NCBI RefSeq assembly: GCF_006345805.1
Contig: NC_043006.1
Coordinates: 16,864,001 to 16,928,000 of the forward strand
Source: Octopus sinensis
Lineage: Eukaryota
Length of the DNA stretch: 64,000 nt
Reading direction: 5' to 3'
In this document: positions 37,285-50,560 of the stretch, piece after piece
Layout of the letters: each line of letters starts with the position of its first letter
How positions within the stretch are numbered: position 1 is the first letter of the stretch
Position numbers and translations under genes: made by a program
The notes under the pieces: model-generated
Told to the model about the DNA's origin: nothing
Database searches by the model: none
Seen by the model: only the letters and a program-made list of their open reading frames with translations

Positions 37285-37931
37285 GAGAATGAAAAGTATA
37301 ATCTGACTTTCTTATCGTGAAGTGAGAATGATTATTTAGTGGTTATTACCCCTATGTTGAGAAAGTTAATAACCCAGGTTCAAGTCATGGTTATGACTAA
37401 CTTTGACAGTAGTGCTCCAGCATGGCTTGTAAAGCCCACTAGCAAAACAGATAAACAAAAACAAGAAAAAAAAGACTAACACGCAAGGACTCACACGGAA
37501 GCTGCATAAAAATATACAAGTCTAATGCAGATGACAAATGGCAAGGAAGCAATAAGGTAAATTGAATACATTATCGAAAAGAAATAACATTCTAAATTAG
37601 AGCTAATATTTATCTCTTAATTAAAACACAAAACGGAAAATGACAGTTGGAGGCAGAAGGGGATTATTAAACACACAATTCATTTCACAAATAACATGGT
37701 CAGCTTTAATGGGATCAGAAGATGAGCATGGAAAATAAATATGGATTAGATGAGATAGCCACCTTCTAAAGTTCATTTCCAGTACTTTGCCACCACAATG
37801 GTACAATCCAATAGGAAGCTGTTGATGTAAGAGAGAAGAGAGACTCTGGAAACAGGCAGTTTTTGCAAAAAGATTTGCATGCCAGACACAGATGACAAAT
37901 AGAACAACACTTAACCAAATTTCTTGAAGGT

Positions 37932-38325
37932 AGGCGCAGGAGTGGCTGTGTGGTAAGTATCTTGTTTACCAACCACATGGTTCCAGGTTTGGTCCCACTG
38001 CGTGGCACCTTGGGGAAGTGTCTTCTACTATAGCCTCGGGCCGACCAAAGCCTTGTGAGTGGATTTGGTAGACGGAAACTGAAAGAAGCTCGTCGTATAT
38101 ATGTATATATGTGTGCATGTATGTTTGTGTTTGTCCCCCTAGCATTGCTTAACAACCGATGCTGGTGTGTTTATGTCCCCGTCACTTAGCGGTTCGGCAA
38201 AAGAGACCGATAGAATAAGTACTGGGCTTACAAAGAATAAGTCCCGGGGTCGAGTTGCTCGATTAAAGGCGGTGCTCCAGCATGGCCGCAGTCAAATGAC
38301 TGAAACAAATAAAAGAGTAAGAGTA
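37932..38325 (+). mobile_element. SINE family 1, full length, young
   Basis: Head GGCGCAGGAGTGGCTGTGTGG, body GCCTTGTGAGTGGATTTGGTAGACGGAAACTGAAAGAAGC, tail AAAAGAGTAAGAGTA; retains many CpGs. Confidence 0.88.
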
Positions 38326-39837
38326 TAAAGGTCAATTGTTGTTTAACAGAAAGGACTCCAGTAGATCTGATTTCAAGAAAACTGTACTGGTGATCATTGG
38401 AGAAAGAGAGAGAGATTCTAGGAATTGAGAGATTCTAAGGATGGTAGTTTCCATTATGTTTGAGAGATGGAAGTGAAGTAAGAAGAGTCAGAGGGAGAAT
38501 AAGATATTTGACAAAGATATGGACTAGCCCCTATCTTTTCCCAACACATAAGTAGTATGAAAATGTGATTCATTCAAGAACACTATATTCTTCCTTAAGA
38601 ATGACGAGTAAGCTTGGAATAAATTTTCCTGTTTTCTCTACTCTTTATTAAACTCTTTGCCTGAACTCTTTATGTAAAGCAAAGCATATCCAAATTAAAT
38701 AAGACATCTGATATAATAATGAGCATAGTGTTTTTATATCTTTGTACATATCTATCTATATCTATATATACATATATATATGTCCAGAATCACGTCAGAC
38801 ACAGAGGAGAGAAAATAGCAATTCAGTGAAGGAAAAGTAGTGAGAGTAATAGCCCTAACTGAGAGGGAATGATATAAAGTAATAGCAATGAGAGAAAGAA
38901 AGGAGTGATAGATGAATAAAGAAGGGGTGGAAAAAAAAAAATCAGCATTTCAACTTTGCATGAGTATGTGTGTCCGTGTACAAGGGAAATATGTGAATGT
39001 TTGTACCTTATTTTTATATAAAATACTAGAATTAGCCGTCATTATTGATGCCATGTGGTCAGCTAGTAATCAATAAAGAATAAGGTTTAACTAATTTTAG
39101 TCATTGAACTGTAATCATACTAGGTATCATCTTCAATAAATTTTAGTCATTTATTGTAACCCCGTGATTTTGCAACTTGTTTTATCAACCTCAGAAGACG
39201 CAAAACTGACAGGGATGCAAGAGACACAGCCAGAACAAAAAAACCAACCTCCAGTTCAAAAGAGTTCACATTGAAGATAAAACCATTATAAATTTTAAGT
39301 ATGACTATTTAAGATATATCTAAACACTAGATTAACTAGATTAAGAAAAGAGAAAATTATTTTTATATATTACTCTAAGTAGGTTACAAACATTAAAACA
39401 TAAACAAATATTAGAAACCTGATCACAAAAGGTATTACTGTATTGTCAGCTATTAAAATCTGTAAAAAATTTTAAGTGATTGCAATCAAAACTATTTAAA
39501 CTTACACACCAACCTCTGCAGGTCAACTGACCTACAAGAACTAGCAAACAACTCGCTCCCAAATCACAATATTTGCAAATACGAAAGGCACATAGTATAA
39601 TGTAGTCTTATTAAAGGAAAGCTTGAGAAAAGAACAAGATTGTGACGACTAGAACATCTTTGACTACAGAACTGCTCAGTTAAGGTTGAACTAAAGCTAA
39701 ACAATGAAGCTCAACTTTACTATGAAGGTCTGTTTATACTAGTGTTAACTGTCACACGACATTACTTTGAAAGTATACATTGGCAACAATGGATAATATC
39801 AGGAAATATGTGGCATACATTCAATAATTATAATTAA

Positions 39838-40058
39838 CCCTTTAGTGTTCACATTATTCAGCCAAAACTAATGCTTTTTTATCCACATTGTTTTGAACTA
39901 ATTGTGCATTATCTTGTAGCTATGAGATTTTGATGAGGTAGCTGTTAATTTTTAAAACAATATTGTAGGGTTGGTGTGAGAGACCAGATCTGGCCAGTTT
40001 GAACATAAAACAGGCAGAATACTTTTGGCCGGATATGGCCGGTTTAAATGCTAAAGGG
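39838..40058 (-). mobile_element. piggyBac-type MITE, family B (221 bp)
   Basis: TTAA|CCCTTTAG ... CTAAAGGG|TTAA; inverse of 30047-30267. Confidence 0.85.
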
Positions 40059-40404
40059 TTAAACCTTAACTTTCTAGATGCAATGAAGTGAATACTAAAT
40101 TCCAAAAGAAAATATCTGTTACCTTAGAATAAAATTTTTCCCCATTTTGATTTTATGAGGAAGTTTACATACACACACACTCCTCTCCCCATCTCTTAAG
40201 ATACATGTTGAAGCACTAGTATCCCAAGATACCATGCACTAATGAGCTGAGTGTTGTGAACAGTCATCATAAAAGAGAGGAGTTCTATGACATGCATTAC
40301 AGCAACTAGCATCTGCCTGTACACATAGCGAATATGCAAATAATTGCTTCAGATTTCACTGCACATGGTGCAAATAACAATTTTACATTGTATATACAGT
40401 GTAC

Positions 40405-40586
40405 ATGTTTGTCCCCCCAACATCACTTGACAACTGATGCTAGTGTGTTTACGTCCCCGTAACTTAGCGGTTCAGCAAAAGAGACCGATAGAATAAGTAC
40501 TAGGCTTACAAAGAATAAGTCTTGGGGTCAATTTGCTCGACTAAAGTCATGGCCACAGTCAAATGACTGAAACAAGTAAAAGAGTA
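40405..40586 (+). mobile_element. SINE family 1, 3' half
   Basis: gtttgtccccc...cgatagaataagtactaggc...gactgaaacaagtaaaagagta. Confidence 0.75.
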
Positions 40587-40597
40587 TATATATATTA

Positions 40598-40980
40598 TCT
40601 CTCTCTATATAAACGGCAGTTTGTCTGTGCGTTTTCTGTGTGTCTGTTTTCTCGTACCCTCACTCTGACCACGGCTTTCAACCGATTCTGATGAAACTTG
40701 ACACACACATAGCCCAATGTCATAATTCAAAACTAACGCAGCGAAAATTTTGAAAAGTTCCCCCAGTTCTGAAAAAAATCGATAAATTCGACATGGGGTC
40801 GACAATCAGAAACCCAAACCACAGACCGTCTAGGGGACGCAACTCCACCTTTTTTAACTCTCAAAAAATTTACCATCATTTTTTTTTCCATTTTTTTGCT
40901 ATTTTTTGGCTATAACTCTCTAAAAATGCTTTATAGTTATTTCCCTTACAAACCTGAGCAACGCCGGGCGATACTGCTTG
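40598..40980 (+). mobile_element. Non-autonomous Helitron-like element
   Basis: 5' TC start (tctctctctatataaa), 3' GC-rich hairpin cctgagcaacgccggg about 12 nt before a CTAG-like end (CTTG), inserted between A and T, no TSD. Confidence 0.7.
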
Positions 40981-41624
40981 TATTATATAATTACAACAGA
41001 CTACATCTCAAGGTATATCGATAATTTAATTACAGTAGGCTACATCTCGAGGTACATCTTTTTCTCTGATGAAATTATGCCCATGTCACACAAATGTAAA
41101 TTTAATGTACAAATTTTTAATTAAATCATTGAGTATACAGAATGAATAGAAATGGCTTTTCTGATAATTTCTCCACTTTAATAATTAGATATTTATACTC
41201 CTCCCCTATATCTATGATTCTTTCTTACTGTTACTATGCATGCAAGTTTGCCTGCCACCAAGCCTGGAGTATGTACTCATCTTTCAGCTCTTATGTTAAC
41301 TCTCACCGTATCCCTTTTTCTCACTATATGAAGTAAAGCATGACTAAATACATCAACCAACTAATGTTTATATCAGATATTACATAAAAATGCAATTTCT
41401 TAAGCACAGGTAAGGAAGGTATATCAGAACATTAAAAGCTCCTAGTGCACAGTTTATCAAGGTACCATGTCTCTAATTTTAAATGGAAACAAAATGACTT
41501 TGCTTGTTGCAAACTAAACAACAGGAGAAAACCATAGAAGCAAAGCACGTCTCAAACATAACACACCAGATTCCTTGTTATATTCCAGTGACCCTGGCAA
41601 GTTGCACCATTATTGCATATCTTT

Positions 41625-41990
41625 TATCTTTTGTTTGTCATTAGACTACACCCATGATGGGGAACCATCTTGAGGAATTTTAGTTGAACTAATCAACCAC
41701 AGTACTTACTTTCTTTTTTTTAACCTTGTTACTTATTCTATTAGTCCCTTTGCTGAACTACTAAGTTACAGGGACGTAAACACACCAACACCAGTTATCA
41801 AGCAGTGGGGGAGGAAGGCAAAATACACACACACACACACACAGCTTTTTCAGTTTCCATTTACCAAATCCGCTCACAAGGTTTTGGTTGACCTGAGGCT
41901 ATAAGACATTTGCCCAAGGTGCCATGAAGTGGGAGTGAACCTAGAACCATGTGGTTGAGAAGCAAACTTCTTACCACACAGCCACACCTG
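41625..41990 (-). mobile_element. SINE family 1, degenerate
   Basis: Body and head motifs as in the other copies. Confidence 0.7.
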
Positions 41991-42899
41991 TGAGGATTAA
42001 TTCAACTGTTATTTGAAGCTTGCTCCACTACAACTGACAACACAAACATTTTATCACAAATATTTGGCTGTGGTTAAGAGGCTTGCTTTGCAACCACATG
42101 GTTTCAGGTTCAGTTCCACAGTGCAGTACCTTGGACAAGTCTCTTCTACTGAGACAACCAATGATTTGTGAGTGAATTCGGTAGATAAAAACTGTGTCGA
42201 AGCAGGTTGTGTGTGTGTGTGTGTGTTTGTGCCTATGTTCATTCCCACTGCATGGCACCTTGAGCAAGTGTCTTCTATAACCCTGGGGCCAACAAAGCAA
42301 AATATTAAGTGGATTTGGTGGATGGAAACTAGAAGAGGCCCATTGCATGTGTGCATATACCTATGTCATGACACCTCATGACGATGTAAATGAGTATCAC
42401 CACCATATAATCAATGCTATTCTATTCCAATCTTCTGCTAAAGAAAAAAAAAGAAAAAAAGCATATCTGGCCATGAGGAAATATTAGTCTCCTGGGAAAA
42501 GATGAGGGTTGATGAGCAGTAAGGCATCTCACCATAGGAAAGCTGTCTCAACAAATTTCATCTGATGCATACAAGCCAGTAAAAATAGATCTCAAATGAT
42601 GATGAGGACACACGCACAAGTATACATATCTAACAATATATCCTTATATATACATACACACACACAAATTTTAACATCCAATTTACCCTACCTGGATGGC
42701 CCAGGTAGATTTTCTCCTGCATAGCAAGTCATCAATCAATGCTGTCCTTTTCCATATTCTTTGCGAAATGAAACAACCTTTCCTTTAACAAATGTATCAA
42801 TTTGAAATTATTTTCCATCATTTCATCCAAAGACTACCTGAATCTCCCACTTTATACAGGTGCCATTCACTTACAGTATTTAACTTTACCTGACATAGT

Positions 42900-44290
42900 T
42901 CATCATCATCATCGTTTAACATCCATTCTCCATGCTAGCATGGGTTGGACGGTTCGACCGGGGATCTGGAAAGCCAGGGGGCTGCACCAGGCTCCAGTCT
43001 TATCTGGCAATGTTTCTACAGCTGGATGCCCTTCCTAACGCCAACCACTCTGTGAGTGTAGTGGGTGCTTTTTACGTGCCACCTGCACAGGTGCCAGGCG
43101 AGGCGGCACTGGCATCGGCCATGATTCGGATTGGTGCATTTTACGTGCCACCGGCACGGAAGCCAGTCAAGGCGGCACTGGCATCGGCCACGATTCGGAT
43201 GGTGCTTTTTACATGCCACCGGCACGGAAGCCAGTCGAGGCAGCGCTGGCATCGGCCACAATTCGGATAGTGCTTTTTATGTACCAACCACCAGTCCAGG
43301 AGTCCTGGCATCTGCCGGGTGCCAGTCATAGGATTGGTTCAATTTCGATTTCGATTTCACTTGCCCCAACAGGTCTTCGCAAGCAATCATTATTATGATT
43401 ATCATCATTATTATGGGTTGGACAGTTTGACTGAAAACTGGTAAGCCAGGGAGCTGCACCGAGAGTGGTGCCATTGACCTGACACTGGCATCGGCCACAA
43501 CTACAGTCTCACTTGGCTTGACAGGTCTACACAAGCATAGTATATCACCAAAGGTCTCGGTCACCTGTCACTACCTCCATGAGGCTCAATGCTTGAGTGG
43601 TGCATTTTATGTGCCACCAGCCTGTGTGCCAGTCAGACAGCACTAGTATCAACCACAACTAAAATTTCATGCCCCTAAATACATCCCTTGTCCACATCAG
43701 CACAGACTTCTTTTGCACACTACATGCAGTTCCTCTTACATCCAATGTGTCTCAGTTCATTTGTATTTTGTTCATGAACACTAACATAACAGATCTAGCA
43801 AAGCACAATCGCTTCAATTCTTCTTAATTTAGGCAGGTCTTCTGCATTCAAAGCTCATGGCTTGCTGCTCTGCAACATCATGAATATTACACAATCTACC
43901 CTTCATTTTGAAGAGACAAATTCTTTATTACCATCAGGAGTAACAACTCTCTTTACTTTTTTTTTAACTTGGGTTACCACACTTTCAGAATACTCAGACC
44001 CATTGCTAATTAGGTCACCTAGTTAACAAAAACTATCAACTACTTCTACACAGTGATTCAGGCATTTCAGAATCTATTTCTCAAGTGATCTTAGTATTTA
44101 TTGCCCTATCACACAAGCTATATGTGAAATATCCCTTTTCTATTACATGTTTCCTGTGTCCATTATTTACACTGGACACATGCAATTTCTAACAAGATCT
44201 TTTCTGCATCAGAAGCAATGCCACTTTTCTGATGGTAACAGGGTCCTGTCCTTCCTACTTATACTTTTCATTTTGCTACCAAGAGATGTT
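42900..44290 (-). mobile_element. 5'-truncated RTE LINE: 3' UTR with hairpin-module array plus degenerate ORF C-terminus
   Basis: (CAT)n at 42900; module array 43064-43290; reverse-strand remnants of gtagttgatagtttttgtta..ctaggtgac (VVDSFCYLGD) near 44030-44050. Confidence 0.75.
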
Positions 44291-44359
44291 GTGGAATCAC
44301 AAGCAAACTAGCAGAGAACGTAAACTTCACATAAGTTAGATGCCGTGGAGCAGTATGTA

Positions 44360-44905
44360 TTGTGAACACACTGGAAATTGGTACTTTTGAATGCTTGTAT
44401 GGATTACTAGAAGTAGTTGGTAGCTTTTGTTACCTTGGAGATGCAATTAGCAAAGGAGGTGGCTACTCCAAAAGTACAGTAATCAGGGTAAGACCAGATT
44501 GGAGAAAGTTCAGGAAGCTGGTGGCATCAAAGCCTTTTCCTTAGAGTGAAGGGCAGTGTGTGTGATGTTTGTGTTAGAACCACAATGCTGCAAGGTAGTG
44601 AGACATGGGCGCTGAATGCAGAGGACTTGGGAACATTGGAAAGAAATGGAACAAGCATGCTTCATTGGATGTGCAATGTAAGTGTGCATGAACAACATAG
44701 TACAAAATATGCTGAGAGAAAAACTGAGCATAAGAGGAATCAAATGTAGTGTGCAAGAAAGAAGACTGTTGGTATGGATATGTGATGCCCATGAATGAGG
44801 AGAGCTGTATAAAGAAGTGCAAATCACATAATGCAATTGGAACCTTTGAAAAAAGTAGACCCATGAAGACAAGGGATGAAGTGGTGAAGGTTGACCTCAA
44901 GACCA
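44360..44905 (+). pseudogene. Degenerate RTE LINE ORF C-terminal fragment
   Basis: LEVVGSFCYLGDAISKGGG...WRKFRKL, VRTTMLQGSETWALNAEDL..LERN, WYGYV, RPMKTRDEVVKVDL. Confidence 0.85.
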
Positions 44906-46789
44906 GGGTGTCTGACAATATGAAGTTTCCAAAAAGACCTGCCCAATCTTCTGCAAAACTGACTTGTAGAAGCACTCCTCAAATGGAGCACTTCAGCCAG
45001 TCTCCTAACATTTCTCCCTGCTCACCCATCATCTCTCTCTCACTGCAGCTCCTTTTTGATACCATTCTACTTTTTCTTGCTATCTAAAGCCATTCCACTT
45101 GTTAGCCAGTCTTCATCCTTTAACTATTCCTCTCTTACCCGACACATTATTGATCACCCTCATTGCTAGTGAACTACCAAATTATCTCCCCTCATGCACT
45201 ACACCTGTCCCCAACCAATCTTGCAGCCTACCCAACTACATGTCATCTCTCTCTTGTTCTCCCTGTAAACTGTATCATCATTACTATCATTATTATTATT
45301 ATCCTGCCACTCTTCCCCCAAACTCTTCCACATTCGTCTACCTTCAATAATTCATGCATCATTAATCATCCATCACTCTCTAAATCCACCCATCAAAACT
45401 ACCCAATCTTTGCAGATGTTGCCTACCACCCATTCCCCCCATGCCTTGCTCCACTAAACACTTGCAAAACCCCAACCACCCACACACCAAGTTTCTCTGA
45501 CCCCCCACTCACTTCTACTCACCTCATATCTCAAGGAAACGCCTAGACTTGCAGCTCCAACTGATCATCCGCAACTTCACTTCTAAATGGGTGTAGCAAT
45601 GTATCATCTCTACAAGAAACTGCTCACCCCCATCCCACTTACCTTCTCATCTCCTTTCATAAAGCTCCACCCATCAGGTTTTGTAGTCTTGCAAAGATAC
45701 ATGGTAACATCACTAGTGCTAGGGTGTGAAAAAGAACACAGTACATGCAGTGATGTGGCTGACATTAGGAAGGACATCCAGCCACAGAAACCATGACAAA
45801 GTAGACACTGGACTACAATGAAGTCCTCAGATCCACCAGATGCTATCAATTCATCATCGACCATGCCTGCATGGAACACGGACATTTAATGATGATGAAC
45901 ATACAAAGTTACAAAATATATAATATACAAATTCACAATATATTTTATATATAATGTATAAATTTACATATATTACTGACATGAGAAAAGCACCCAGTAC
46001 TCTATCTGAAGTACCAGGTGTTTAGAAAGGGCATCCAGCCATAAAATTCAGGCTGAAACAAACATTGGACCTTGATGTAGTCCTCTGATCTGTCAGACTG
46101 TCAAATCACCCAACCCATGCCAGCATGGAATACAAATGCTAAATGATGAAAAATATTGTGTGTGTGTGAGTATATGTATATATGTGTGTGTGTGTGTATG
46201 TGTGTGTGTGTATATGTATGTGTGTGTGTGTGTGTGTGTGTGTAATGAATATTTATCATGTACATCATACTCTCTATGTGTCTTATATTTTATTAGACAT
46301 ACATCTTTTATCTTTTACTGATTTCAATCATTGGACTACAGTCATGCTAAGGCACCAACATCATGGCCTGGGTCAGGTAATTGATCACAGTACTTAGTTT
46401 TTTTAAGTTTAGTACTTATATTTTCATTTCTGAAGTATGTTATAGATTGTGGAGTATCAATGACTGTTTTTGATTCACATGTTTAAAGTTTTAGGTTAGA
46501 TAACTAACATAGGTTATCATTATTTTCTGTTTTATATATTGGTAACATGTATTTCCAACAAGGTTCAATAATCTTTGTTATTTCAAGAAATATAGAATTT
46601 AAATGCACTGGTGAACTAAACATAAACAATATCCATTTTGGAGATATTTCTGCTTTATATGTAATATTTTAATTTCTGTACTTCATAGTTATAGGTATGA
46701 AATAATTTATGTCCAAGATTTGATGTTTGCATTTGTAATAATAAACAGGTGTAGATATAATGAACATATTCCACCAATGTTTCTCATTT

Positions 46790-47030
46790 TTCTATCAAAT
46801 GCAATCATATGGGAACTGATTATGTCTTGGGAAAACCACATGAAAGAGCTTCGTGAGACGAAAGGCACCAAATATCCGGAGCTAGCAGAGAAGCTCATGG
46901 TATTTGCACTGATGGACACATTGTGAGAAAATTGAAATATGCTACCAGGATTGTGAGAGGTTTTCAACCTGTGAGGATCTGACTGGGCTTGAAGCTAATG
47001 GTGCAGCAAAGAAACGTAGGACACAAAGTA
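46790..47030 (+). pseudogene. Possible second pogo/Tigger-like transposase remnant
   Basis: SWENHMKEL...KYPELAEKLMVF followed, after a frameshift, by DGHIVRKLK...RIVRGFQ; resembles the CENP-B HTH spacing but weakly. Confidence 0.4.
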
Positions 47031-47476
47031 GCTTTGGATAAAGAGGGAAGAACAACAATTTTGCTTCTACTAGGATGCAAGCTGGGGCATGATCAACCCT
47101 AGCTGGGTCAAATGGGTGAGGGAGCTAGATGTTGTTAGACCCAAAAGCCCCTAAGACTCCAGAAACATCACTGAAGAAACACCCCAGAGCATCCATGAGA
47201 TGTTTCTTGGAACTATTCATAAATGAAATAGGAGTAGGACAGAGATGAGTAGTACTTAAGGGACAACAATTATATTGGTCTAAAATCAATTTTTTTTCCT
47301 CCATTGCATTTATTATGCCTATTACCTTGTTTATATGAATTATTCAATTTTTAATTTATTTTATTACTTTCTTCAATGTTTAAATTTTTTTTTTGTCAAC
47401 AGTCATTTTTATCCAACAAATTCTAATAATTTTGAAAAGTAATAACTTGTCAAATCAGCTTTAAATGTTAATTGGA

Positions 47477-47695
47477 TACTCTTTACTCTTTTACATGTTT
47501 CAGTCATTTGACTGTGGCCATGCTGGAGCACCGCCTTTAATCGAGCAACTCGACCCCGGGACTTATTCTTTTGTAAGCCCAGTACTTATTCTATCGGTCT
47601 CTTTTGCCGAACAGCTAAGTAACGGGGACATAAACACACCAGCATCGGTTGTCAAGCAATACTAGGGGAACAAACACAGACACACAAACACACAC

Positions 47696-47732
<37 letters not shown>

Positions 47733-47898
47733 TACGATGGGCTTCTTTCAGTTTCCGTCTAACAAATCCACTCACAAGGCTTTGGTCGGCCCGAGGCTAT
47801 AGTAGAAGACACTTGCCCAAGGTGCCACGCAGAGGGACTGAACCCGGAACCATGTGGTTGGTAAACAAGCTACTTACCACACAGCCACTCCTGCGCCT
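47477..47898 (-). mobile_element. SINE family 1, full length, young
   Basis: Inverse of 37932-38325. Confidence 0.88.
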
Positions 47899-48537
47899 AT
47901 AAGTAATTAAAAAAATTATCATGGCCCTATTTATAAGTATTTATAAACCATTGTATTGTTTGAGAAATTCACTTCTGCATGATGATCAGTAACGTAAAAC
48001 TGAGTAACAGCTTACATAATCTTTTCTACTCTGAGTACAGCTTATATAATGCCCTTTCTATCATGCTGGCATGGATCATATCATACGAAAGGAACCAATG
48101 AGCCAGAGACTGCCTCAACTGCCAATGTTTACTATGTCATGGTCTCTACAGCCAGATGTCCTTCCTAATGCCAACCAATTTACAGAGTGTACTAGGTGCT
48201 TCGTTTTTTCATGGCACCAGCACTAGTGAGGTCATCAGATACTTGCAAAACAAAACCCAACAACCGAGTGACGTATAGTATTGAAGATGGTGAAAGTATT
48301 ACAGAGAGACAAGAACAGATGATACTGAAAAGGAGAATACATGGCAGAGAGATGGTGAGGGCATAAGAAGAGGATTAGAGGAACAGAAAGGGTGGGTAGG
48401 TAAGTTCAAGAGTATGAAAAAAGTATGACAAATGATTAGGTGGGGAGTTGGATGCAATGAGCATTAGTTTTTTGGGTGGGGTGGGGTGGTGGTGAAGGAA
48501 ACAAGAATGGGTCAAGGAAGAGCTGTTAAGGAACAGT

Positions 48538-48925
48538 AATCATCATTTAACGTCTGTTTTCCATGCTGGCATGGGTTGGACAGTTTGGCAGAACTGGGAA
48601 GCTGCACCAGGTTCCAGTCTGATTTGGCATGGTTTCCTAATGTTGACCACTCCAGGAGTGTAGTGGGTGCTTTTTACATGCCACCAGCATGGGTGCCAGT
48701 TACGCAGCACCAGCATCAGCCATGACTACAATCTCACTTGGCTTGACAGGTCTTCTCAAGCAAGGTATACCACCAAAGGTCTCAGTCACCTGTCACTGCC
48801 TCCATGAAGTCCAACATTTGAACAATGCTTTATACATGCCACTGGCACAGGTGCCAGTCACACAGCACATTGGCCAAGACTAATTTCACTTGGCTTGACA
48901 GGTCTTTGCAAGCACAGCATATCAT
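48538..48925 (-). mobile_element. RTE LINE 3' UTR with a duplicated ctcacttggcttgacaggtc block
   Basis: (CAT)n start and two copies of tcacttggcttgacaggtctt. Confidence 0.75.
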
Positions 48926-48977
48926 CCAGTAGGTATGCGTATGTATGTATATATATATATAATATATATATATATAT

Positions 48978-49191
48978 AAAGTTAATCCAAACATGAAAAC
49001 ACAAAGAGAAAACATAACAACAACGCGAGGACGTGGAACAAATATAGTACTATTGGATGCTCAGGAAGGAGGGTTTTACATTTTGAGCGGAGCTCTTCAT
49101 CAGAAACATAGGAAAAGGAAAGATCCAGAGAAGGGAAGACAGAGGAAAAAAAATCACCAACGGTACACACGTGGTCACATTTTGAATGTGC

Positions 49192-49192
<1 letters not shown>
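48978..49192 (-). mobile_element. Penelope-like terminus inserted in (TA)n, carrying a mutated minimal hammerhead motif
   Basis: Minus-strand GTTT-CTGATGA-A-GAGC-TCC-GCTC-AAAA-TG-TA-AAAC at 49107-49073. Confidence 0.6.
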
Positions 49193-49225
<33 letters not shown>

Positions 49226-49833
49226 TCTGAAGAAAATGCCATTTCACATTATTTCAACCATGCATATTTTACACGAGTTTTATGTAATTTATCACATATA
49301 ACTGTGTGATGTGGTTCAAAATGGAATGCTACTGAAACAATTGTAACAGGTATCAGAATTACATTAGACTGATACCTTCATCATCTATATCTCTTTCATA
49401 TGGAGAGAGAGAGAGAGACAGACATCCATGCACACACACACACATTTTCCATTCTAGTACTGAAATAATTCTTTTTATATATATATATATATATATATAC
49501 ACATACATACATAGGTACAATTTCTAAAGCACTTCAAACAAATGCAGAAAAAGACCGAGAAAATGATAGCTAAAGACACTGATTTTTTTTTCCTTCTCCC
49601 CTCCCTCTTTGTGCTTAAATCTCCATCCGTTTTCTCTTTCTTTCATCATTCCCCATTTCAAGCATCACCACCAATGCCTCCTCTTCTACCACCACCTTAA
49701 CTGTTTATTCTATTTAACTCGTTTCATTTAGCATTACACAAAGAGTAGATAGGTTAGAATATACTGTTGTATTGATATATAACTACCACTATTTTCCTTA
49801 GTGTTACTAATAACTTAAAAACTTTCATTTAGA

Positions 49834-50104
49834 TCCAATTAGACTCGAAAAAGCCTTATCATAGAATGAACTAACAGAAACAATAAAACTAGACACTGCC
49901 CCATACTTGAAAGTAGGAAAATCCTAAAACCACAAGTGCAGCAAATGCAGGCTATATAACAATAACTAAGGGTTTAGCAACAAGTTGCTTCACTACATAC
50001 CGGAAATTTAGAAATAGCAGCCAAAAGACCATTATTTCTTTTTGCTACAAAATATGACTCACATAGATAAAAAGAAGGAAAATAATGAAATGAAACAGTC
50101 TTCG

Positions 50105-50140
<36 letters not shown>

Positions 50141-50487
50141 CACACACACACACATACTCACATATGCATATATGGGTACAGGATGTCACCAACAGTAAAC
50201 AACATGAAATACAAAAACAAATGAATTCAATATGCAAACGATGAGAGAAACAAATGGGAAACAGAACAAATAACATAAAGAATGACTTTGGTACTTATAG
50301 GAGCATCTGTTTTCAAAGACCCATATTGTAAATCAATGGTCGAAATAAGGAGTAGATAGACAGCCGATAACTGATGAAGGGTCGTTCTTTATGTTACTTG
50401 TGCCGTTTTCTATTTTTTTCTCTCTTTGTTTGCATATTAAACTCATTTGTTTTCGTATTTCATGTTGTTTACTGTTGGTAACATCCC

Positions 50488-50560
<73 letters not shown>

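Noticed and set aside
43064-43300. CRISPR-like repeat-spacer appearance (also 20286-21020 and 60444-60540)
   Set aside because: Eukaryotic intron, no cas genes, and the 'spacers' are homologous to each other; these are a LINE 3' UTR, a tandem array and MITE subterminal repeats.
50365-50400. CTGATGAAG as a fourth hammerhead core
   Set aside because: No helix II followed by GAAA downstream.
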